Shown here one piece after another: positions 1 to 5,532 of a stretch of 24,085 nucleotides of DNA. Each line of letters begins with the position of its first letter. Position 1 is the first letter of the stretch. A program made the position numbers and the translations under genes. The notes under the pieces were generated by a model. It did no database searches. It worked only from the letters and a program-made list of their open reading frames with translations, and had not been told where the DNA came from. Source of the stretch: Acidimicrobiales bacterium (GTDB lineage: Bacteria > Actinomycetota > Acidimicrobiia > Acidimicrobiales > JANYDT01); contig JANYHQ010000491.1 in NCBI GenBank assembly GCA_025358985.1, forward strand, positions 1-24,085, given 5' to 3'.

Positions 1-1
1 T

Positions 2-769
2 GGTTACGCTGCCGGCCTCACAGACGGCCAGGACGCCAGACGGTACTGCCAAGATCGCCTCGCCATGCCATACGGGTATCCGATCACGGTCGCCTACGAC
101 ACCGACACGACGCCGGTCAACATCGCAACGTTCGTCGACTACCACCGTGGATTCAACACGGGATGTGGCCCATACCCGACGTGGGCCTACGGCGACCAGG
201 ACATCATCGAAGAACTCGGCCGGCTCGGCCTCATCACCGGGGCAGTGCGGGCCAACGCTTCATGGTGGTCGAGGTTCTGGTCGAAGCTGTTCAAGTCGAA
301 GTACACGAAGGTGATCCAAGGCACCCAGTCGCCCGACCATACGGTCGACTACAACCGCTGCCTTCTGCCCTTCTACGCCTGGGACGGTACCCCGGCACCA
401 ACCCGAGGAGTGATACCGATGGATGTCGTCACCAACGCCAACGACTGGGACCCAACGCCGGAAGGTGTGCCCCAGCTCGCCGGATACGTCAAGTTCGCAC
501 TACAGTACGGCGGACAGTCGCTGTATCATCTGAGCCCTGTCGAATGGACGGCCGGCGGATCGCAGGCCGGGGTCCCGATGAGTAACGAAGATATCGACGC
601 CCTCGCTGCCAAGCCGTACGGTGCTGCCCCTCCACCGATCGATTACGCTGCGGTCGCCGTCCAGGTCGTCCCGCTACTGCCGGCCACGGTAGACCCGGAG
701 GCTCGCTCGCTCGCCCAGGCCGCACTCGACAAGATCGGTGCCTTGCTTGACAAGCTCCGAGCGGTGTAA
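2..769 (+). CDS. Endolysin, DUF1906/GH25-like glycoside hydrolase (5'-truncated by window edge)
   Basis: Frame is open from base 2: GYAAGLTDGQDARRYCQDRLAMPYGYPITVAYDTD resembles the DUF1906 pattern G.aaG..dA..A......lG.p.g..I..avD.D. C-terminal PPPIDYAAVA helical tail is like actinophage lysins. Ends just before a terminator. Confidence 0.7.
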   Translation, partial: GYAAGLTDGQDARRYCQDRLAMPYGYPITVAYDTDTTPVNIATFVDYHRGFNTGCGPYPTWAYGDQDIIEELGRLGLITGAVRANASWWSRFWSKLFKSKYTKVIQGTQSPDHTVDYNRCLLPFYAWDGTPAPTRGVIPMDVVTNANDWDPTPEGVPQLAGYVKFALQYGGQSLYHLSPVEWTAGGSQAGVPMSNEDIDALAAKPYGAAPPPIDYAAVAVQVVPLLPATVDPEARSLAQAALDKIGALLDKLRAV

Positions 770-810
770 GCTGCCAGTCTCTTTCCTTCATGGCTGTTGG
801 GGAGAACACA

Positions 811-843
811 GAAAGGCCCTGGGGGGTTGCCCCAGGGCCTTTC
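811..843. terminator. Bidirectional intrinsic terminator between convergent late (+) and early (-) units
   Basis: Perfect 14-bp inverted repeat GAAAGGCCCTGGGG / CCCCAGGGCCTTTC with a 5-nt loop. TTTC plus T-rich tail follows on both strands. Confidence 0.85.
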
Positions 844-867
844 GTGTATCCAGAATGACGCAGAACG

Positions 868-1065
868 CTATTTTGAGTGCGTCACCTCCTGGATTGCAAG
901 ATGGAAGTGGTCGTGTCGGGTAGTGACGTCCTGGTCGACGAGTGCGCCACAGCGGCGACAGACGACGGCCATAAAGATGCTTGGCGGACCCGAACCATAC
1001 GTCGGGTCCCATGATTCTGCGTGGAGTTCGATGATTCTGGAGTAGTGGTCGTCGTCAGGTATCAC
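868..1065 (-). CDS. Small putative Zn-binding protein (65 aa; CRRC...H..H)
   Basis: GTG start overlapping the upstream stop (GTGA), AAGGAGGTGA RBS. Motif VCRRCGALVDQDVTTRHDHFH. Confidence 0.65.
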   Translation of the reverse strand: MIPDDDHYSRIIELHAESWDPTYGSGPPSIFMAVVCRRCGALVDQDVTTRHDHFHLAIQEVTHSK

Positions 1066-1265
1066 TGCGTCACCTCCTTGGTCCAGGTTGCGATGTTGGC
1101 CAATGGTGCGTAGGTGGTGACCGACGATTCTGCCGATGCTCTCCAGCATAGCCAGTCGGCGTAGACCCAGGGCCCGGCGGCCACGGTGTACTCTGCCAGC
1201 TCGGCCGGCTGGCCGTTGATCCATTCGATCACCAGTGTTCCCGGTTCGTTCAGCTTACCGCTCAT
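1062..1265 (-). CDS. Hypothetical protein (67 aa, MSGKLNEPG...)
   Basis: ATGA overlap with the upstream stop, GAGGTGA RBS. The start at 1265 is preferred over the 1397 start in the ORF track. Confidence 0.65.
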   Translation of the reverse strand: MSGKLNEPGTLVIEWINGQPAELAEYTVAAGPWVYADWLCWRASAESSVTTYAPLANIATWTKEVTQ

Positions 1266-1423
1266 GCGTTCACCTCGGCCTGCTTCAACTTGAAGTCTCG
1301 GATGAGCCGAGCCCGAAGGCTCGGGCAGTGATGCACTGGCGGGAACGACAGGGCCAACGGGCTGCGGTAGACCGTAGGGCAATGGTCGCAAACCCACACT
1401 TGAATGGCTGCATTGTCTTTCAT
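1262..1423 (-). CDS. Small putative Zn-ribbon protein (53 aa; not in ORF track)
   Basis: MKDNAAIQVWVCDHCPTVYRSPLALSFPPVHHCPSLRARLIRDFKLKQAEVNA. ATGA overlaps at both ends fill the gap between neighbours exactly. CxxC plus HxC. Confidence 0.65.
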   Translation of the reverse strand: MKDNAAIQVWVCDHCPTVYRSPLALSFPPVHHCPSLRARLIRDFKLKQAEVNA

Positions 1424-2097
1424 GACATCACCACTCCGGCGCTGTTCGGGTTGAAGCCCTCGGGCCAGATGGTCGCATAGTTGGCGTCGGCGCCGTCCAG
1501 GTTGGCGCCGTACAGGTTGACGTAGCGCAGGTTGGCGTAGCGCAGGTTGGCGCCGTACAGGTTGGCGCCGTGCAGGTTGGCGTCGTCCAGGTTGGCGTAG
1601 CGCAGGTTGGCGTAGCGCAGGTTGGCGACTGCGCCGGCCCTGACGAGTGCCACAACGTCGAAGCAGTCAACGTCGATCGCCCACGGGACCCGATGCTTGC
1701 CAGTCGTCTTTCCCCTAGCCAGGTCGGTAGGGTAGACGAGGGCATGACCGACACAGTGGGCGAGTGACTCAACGACACCCGTCGTGGCCGCCCCGATACC
1801 AGCATCTGTGACAAGGCATAGCCCGTCGCCTTCCGTCTCGGGACACGAGCCATAGTTCGACTCGTCCCAGTCGGATGCCTCGTGGAGCACCGGGACGTCG
1901 TGGTCGCCGTTGACGATCGGCCAGTAGTAGCCGCCGTAGCTGGTTCCGTCGACTTGGGTCACCTTCCAGCCGACCTTTAGGTCGTGGCCTTTGGTGACCT
2001 CGGGGTAGGCGAGTTGTGCGCCCAGAATGTATTGCTCGTGCCAATAGGTCGAGAATTCTGCGACCTTGGCCCGATGTGATTCTGATTCGGATGTCAT
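1420..2097 (-). CDS. Pentapeptide-repeat protein with an N-terminal domain of unknown function (225 aa)
   Basis: C-terminal A(N/D)Lxx repeats (ANLRY ANLRY ANLDD ANLHG ANLYG...) ending in ATIWPEGF. Start placed at ATG 2097 behind a GAGAGGGAA RBS. Confidence 0.85.
   Translation of the reverse strand: MTSESESHRAKVAEFSTYWHEQYILGAQLAYPEVTKGHDLKVGWKVTQVDGTSYGGYYWPIVNGDHDVPVLHEASDWDESNYGSCPETEGDGLCLVTDAGIGAATTGVVESLAHCVGHALVYPTDLARGKTTGKHRVPWAIDVDCFDVVALVRAGAVANLRYANLRYANLDDANLHGANLYGANLRYANLRYVNLYGANLDGADANYATIWPEGFNPNSAGVVMS
1498..1627. repeat. 15-bp tandem repeat encoding the pentapeptide repeats
   Basis: Nine occurrences of CAGGTTG(G/A)CG at a 15-bp period from 1498 to 1618. Confidence 0.95.
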
Positions 2098-2110
2098 AAT
2101 TTCCCTCTCT

Positions 2111-2190
2111 GGCTGTAGGGTAGATGTGTCTTTGATGGGATATCTTATGCCCACCGTGCGAGCCATAGTTTCCTATGGCTCGAGGCGCTA
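2111..2190 (-). promoter_or_regulatory. Repeated structured early leader, copy E1
   Basis: Minus strand: TAGCGCCT-CGAGCCATAG-GAAA-CTATGGCTCG-CAC-GGTGGG-N10-CCCATC...CATCTACCCTACAGCC, then RBS and ATG 2097. Confidence 0.8.
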
Positions 2191-2249
2191 GGCACCGATA
2201 GTTAAACTCTATTCGCTATGCAACTCGTCGGCATATCAGCGCTCGACAC

Positions 2250-2456
2250 CTATTTCTTCACCACGAACCGAGCGGGGATGAGCGTCACCTCGCGCACATT
2301 GACGATTCGGCACATGAATACTGATGGCTCTCCGTCAGTGATGTGCTCCATGCATTGTGCGTATTGTTTGACTGCATCGGCCTCGGTGTCACAGAACCAC
2401 CGCGTCCTCCCTTGGCGAACGATGTAGGGGTCATCCTTCATTTCTTCCATCCTCAT
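2250..2456 (-). CDS. Hypothetical protein (68 aa, MRMEEMKDDP...)
   Basis: GAGGAG RBS and ATGA overlap with the upstream stop at 2453. Confidence 0.65.
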   Translation of the reverse strand: MRMEEMKDDPYIVRQGRTRWFCDTEADAVKQYAQCMEHITDGEPSVFMCRIVNVREVTLIPARFVVKK

Positions 2457-2587
2457 TGGGGTCTCCTCAGTTTCAGCTTCTTCTCGTTCGGTGTGATAGT
2501 TGCGTGTCGTTCCATGAGCCATCCTACGAACAGTAGAAGGAACCACGGACTGAACAGGATGGCGACCGTGAGCACTGCGGCGATCAT
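2453..2587 (-). CDS. Small single-pass membrane protein (44 aa)
   Basis: GGAGGT RBS, ATGA overlap. MIAAVLTVAILFSPWFLLLFVGWLM hydrophobic segment followed by a basic tail. Confidence 0.6.
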   Translation of the reverse strand: MIAAVLTVAILFSPWFLLLFVGWLMERHATITPNEKKLKLRRPQ

Positions 2588-2751
2588 GCCGGCACCTCCA
2601 GGTCTTCGAGTCGAGCTCGGCCGAGAGGGCACGAAGCCCAGCATTCCCGAAGGTGGCAATCCCGATTGGTTCGCTGAAAGCCAAGGTGACAGACGCCAAC
2701 GTGGTGCGCTGTACGGTAGTCCACGACGTGAACGGTCATCACGGTCACCAT
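2584..2751 (-). CDS. Small Cys/His-rich protein (55 aa)
   Basis: Start overlaps the clamp gene stop (ATGGTGA). MVTVMTVHVVDYRTAHHVGVCHLGFQRTNRDCHLRECWASC... The stop overlaps the next ATG. Confidence 0.55.
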   Translation of the reverse strand: MVTVMTVHVVDYRTAHHVGVCHLGFQRTNRDCHLRECWASCPLGRARLEDLEVPA

Positions 2752-3506
2752 TCGACCGAATGGCGAATAGGCATCTGTAGGGCAACCAGACAGGCGCCGG
2801 CGGCCCGGATCGTGAACACCGCCGGTTTCTGGTCGGTCTCGGCACCGAGCATGACGAGAGGGAAATCTTCCGCCTTGCCGAAACATTTATTGAACGAGGC
2901 GAACCGTGCGAGCAGCTCGGGGTTGAATGCCAGATGGTTACATGCGGCCAAAGTCGGTTCCTGGGTCGGGACAAGCGGGCCCCAGTTCGGGTGGTCACCT
3001 TCAACGATCCGACCGATCGACACTTGATCCTGGTACTGCAACAACCTGTCAGGCGTGCATTCGACCAGCGTGCCGTAAGGGGGTAGATGCTTGCATGAGT
3101 GGGCCGCCAACGTGACCTGATTCGAGGTCGGAAAGGCGCCGGCCCCGAACGGGCCGACAGTCAAAGTGACCAGTGTCGGCACTTTGCCGACCTTCAGTTT
3201 GGTGATATCAGCTTTCTCGATCAGCACGTATGACATGGCGTCATCGGCCAACGTGTTGCGCAGTTGACTCGGCGACATGTTCGAACTTCCGACCAGACCT
3301 AGCTGGTAGGAGTCTGTCGCCACAAAGCCGACAGGCGTGAGACGGCCGGCGTGGTCGAGATTGCCTTTCACGTCGAACACGATCGCTACCGCATTGAGGA
3401 TCGGTTGTGCCGTATCTCCGCTGGCGAACAGTGCTGCCGCAGCGAGTTGGCGACCGTCGAACACGAGGGTCAAACCCTCGGTTTGGCGTGCGTTGAATGA
3501 TTGCAT
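2745..3506 (-). CDS. DNA polymerase III beta sliding-clamp-like protein, domains II+III only (253 aa)
   Basis: Clamp-like motifs in the correct order: FASGDTAQPILNAV, VATDSYQL, GDHPNWGPLVP, AFNPELL, QKPAVF and C-terminal MPIR. Start at ATG 3506 after GAAAGGAAA. Confidence 0.75.
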   Translation of the reverse strand: MQSFNARQTEGLTLVFDGRQLAAAALFASGDTAQPILNAVAIVFDVKGNLDHAGRLTPVGFVATDSYQLGLVGSSNMSPSQLRNTLADDAMSYVLIEKADITKLKVGKVPTLVTLTVGPFGAGAFPTSNQVTLAAHSCKHLPPYGTLVECTPDRLLQYQDQVSIGRIVEGDHPNWGPLVPTQEPTLAACNHLAFNPELLARFASFNKCFGKAEDFPLVMLGAETDQKPAVFTIRAAGACLVALQMPIRHSVEW

Positions 3507-3524
3507 GGGATGGTTTCCTTTCAT

Positions 3525-3593
3525 GGCTGTAGGGTAGATGGGTCAGTGAATGCCCACCGTGCGAGGCCGGATCGCTCCGGCCTCGTGGCGCTA
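3525..3593 (-). promoter_or_regulatory. Repeated structured early leader, copy E2
   Basis: Minus strand: TAGCGCCA-CGAGGCCGGA-GCGA-TCCGGCCTCG-CAC-GGTGGG-N10-CCCATC-TACCCTACAGCC, then RBS. Confidence 0.8.
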
Positions 3594-3607
3594 GGTACTC
3601 ACTCGGT

Positions 3608-4522
3608 TCAGGCGGCCATTAGGACCCTTTCCGCAACCTGGGCGACCAGGTAGTCGCAAGCTGCTTGGGCTTTGCTCGCAACCGTCCAGAGGAGTGCGGG
3701 GGTCTCTTTCAACATGCCGCACCAGTTCTTGAGATACGCAGCGTGATCGGTTCGGGCTACCGTGTCGATACCGATACGGGCGCAAGTGAAGGCTGCGCCA
3801 AGTTCGGCAACGAGCTCTTCAGCTGCGTACTCGTTGTCCCCGAAACGCTTACCGTAGACCCTCGCAAGTCGGTCCTTGTGGCCAGTCCAGTGCGTCAGCT
3901 CGTGTGCCAGTGTTGCGTAGGCGTGCTCGGAAGTGTCGAACTGGTCGAACGCTGGCATGTGCACCTGGTCGGTCGCCGGCTGGTAGAAGGCACGATTACC
4001 GCCCCAGTGCACTTCTGCCGGCACTGCATCAAAGAACGCTTCAGCCTTGGCGTCACGTTCCAGTTGCGTCGGCTGTACGGTAGATGGCTCTTCCGGTGCT
4101 CCGTCGACCTGGTCACGGTTGAAGACCACGAAACCCTTGTAGAAGCCACCAGAAGACCGCAGAGACGTCAATGTGACGTCTTCCCCGGTCTTCTCGTCTT
4201 TGACCGTAATCGTGTCGCCGGTATTCGACGGCTTGGGCGACCAGAAGACCAGGTGCGTACCCTTCTCGCCAGTGCGGACGGTTGCGCCGACTGTCTGCCA
4301 CTGTTTGTAGGTTGCCCATTTCGAGCAGGTGTAGCCTTTCGTCGCACCGAAGTAGGCGAGTACCAGGACGTTTCCGCCCGAATACTCTTTGCCTGTCGTA
4401 GCGTTGCTCGGAAACCCTCCGTCGGCAATCTTGCGCCACGGCATCGCCCAGGTATCCGCACCCTCTTCCATCTGTTCGACCAGCCGCTTCACTACGTCAG
4501 TCATCACCTCATCGGCTCTCAT
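3608..4522 (-). CDS. ardC: ArdC-like antirestriction/ssDNA-binding protein (DUF1738 N-domain plus zincin-like MPTase domain; 304 aa)
   Basis: WAMPW, PSNATTGKEYSGGNVLVL, WATYKQWQ, VRTGEKGT, FVVFNRDQVDG, AFYQP..DQVHMP, HELTHWTGH..RLAR, YAAEELVAELGAAF, HAAYLKNW: the typical ArdC motif series. Start at ATG 4522. Confidence 0.92.
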   Translation of the reverse strand: MRADEVMTDVVKRLVEQMEEGADTWAMPWRKIADGGFPSNATTGKEYSGGNVLVLAYFGATKGYTCSKWATYKQWQTVGATVRTGEKGTHLVFWSPKPSNTGDTITVKDEKTGEDVTLTSLRSSGGFYKGFVVFNRDQVDGAPEEPSTVQPTQLERDAKAEAFFDAVPAEVHWGGNRAFYQPATDQVHMPAFDQFDTSEHAYATLAHELTHWTGHKDRLARVYGKRFGDNEYAAEELVAELGAAFTCARIGIDTVARTDHAAYLKNWCGMLKETPALLWTVASKAQAACDYLVAQVAERVLMAA

Positions 4523-4548
4523 GGTTCTCTCTCCGTTTCGTTTCGTTT

Positions 4549-4621
4549 GACTGTCGGGTAGATGGTGATGCAAGTGCACACCGTGCGAGACAGGGACTAT
4601 CGCCCCTGTCTCGTGGCGCTA
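4549..4621 (-). promoter_or_regulatory. Repeated structured early leader, copy E3
   Basis: Minus strand: TAGCGCCA-CGAGACAGGG-GCGATAGT-CCCTGTCTCG-CAC-GGTGTGC-ACTT-GCATCACC-ATCTACCCGACAGTC, then AAACG repeats and ATG 4522. Confidence 0.8.
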
Positions 4622-4633
4622 TGCGCTAGCGAG

Positions 4634-4732
4634 CTACTCTCTACGGTCTGTCACCTCCACTCTCGGCTCTGTGTCGTCTGAGCCGTCGAACAGTTCAGCG
4701 AACACTTCGCCTACCGTCTCGTGGTAGCTCAT
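4634..4732 (-). CDS. Small acidic peptide (32 aa; not in ORF track)
   Basis: ATGA overlap with the upstream stop. MSYHETVGEVFAELFDGSDDTEPRVEVTDRRE ends just before element E3. Confidence 0.45.
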   Translation of the reverse strand: MSYHETVGEVFAELFDGSDDTEPRVEVTDRRE

Positions 4733-5130
4733 TCTTCGACCTCTGTCATCAGGTCACACTGGAACTCTTCGGCGTAGGCCAAGAACCGCTCGCACACCTT
4801 CGGGAACAGGTCTGCATTCTCACTCTGCCCGTAGGTCGGTACGCCATACTCGACCGCTTCATGCCACGCGCCCACGAACCTCGACAGAGTCTCTAGGACT
4901 TCGGTTGATGTCGGGTCACCAGGTGTGAAGATCAGCTCTCGGGGGTCGGCGAAGGTGTGACCGAAGCCGACACCGTCGGGTACCGAAACCGACAGGTAGT
5001 AAGCCCATCCATCGGCGCCACGGTCGTCGGTATGGCTGGTGAGGCTCACGCTGGCCGTGGCTAGACCATCGGAGCTAGTCCAGAAGGCTGCTTGCGTGGC
5101 CCAGTCTGAAGGGTTGGCGTGTACGCTCAT
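4729..5130 (-). CDS. Acidic hypothetical protein (133 aa), first gene of the early operon
   Basis: ATG 5130 follows an A-rich AAACG-repeat leader and the promoter. About 22 D/E versus 5 K/R by manual count. Confidence 0.75.
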   Translation of the reverse strand: MSVHANPSDWATQAAFWTSSDGLATASVSLTSHTDDRGADGWAYYLSVSVPDGVGFGHTFADPRELIFTPGDPTSTEVLETLSRFVGAWHEAVEYGVPTYGQSENADLFPKVCERFLAYAEEFQCDLMTEVEE

Positions 5131-5178
5131 GGTCGTTTCTCGTTTCGTTCGTTTGGCTGTTGGGTTCTTGCAAGGTTC

Positions 5179-5208
5179 ACTATGCGCTACCCAGTCCAGC
5201 ACTGTCAA
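5179..5208 (-). promoter_or_regulatory. Host sigma70/SigA-type early promoter
   Basis: Minus strand TTGACA (5208-5203), 18-bp spacer, CATAGT (5184-5179); about 50 nt upstream of the first early ATG. Confidence 0.7.
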
Positions 5209-5297
5209 GCAACTTACGTGTGCCAGTCGTCACACGCTTGCCGGCCTGGTGTTGGAAGGTGCGCCTTACGAGCTCCACGATTATGCTAATCGTAACG

Positions 5298-5330
5298 CCC
5301 GTCCCTCCCGCCCTCCGTCCCGCCCTCCCT
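5298..5330. repeat. C-rich mirror repeat / seven-tract G-quadruplex motif (minus strand)
   Basis: TCCCTCCCGCCC-TCCGT-CCCGCCCTCCCT (5302-5330) has exact 12-nt mirror arms. CCC tracts start at 5298, 5303, 5307, 5311, 5319, 5323 and 5327. Confidence 0.85.
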
Positions 5331-5532
5331 TGTCATAGTACCGACCGAGCTCGGAGCTACTAACATAATGTGTTAGGCATACCTACCAACCATGGTGACC
5401 ATGGTCTATCCATGCTCACCAGTGCATGCCAACGAAGCCTGAGCTCTGCCGGCAGTCCTGTGACCAGTCAGGTCAACTGAATAGACCTACAGTGCACCGT
5501 GAGCAGGCACGATGGGACCCACGCCGAGCTCG

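Noticed and set aside
1498-1627. Regular short repeats that might be a CRISPR array
   Set aside because: 15-bp period with no unique spacers, and in frame with a pentapeptide protein.
3665-4561. 298-aa plus-strand ORF opposite ardC
   Set aside because: Antisense shadow of a strongly supported gene, with no independent signals.
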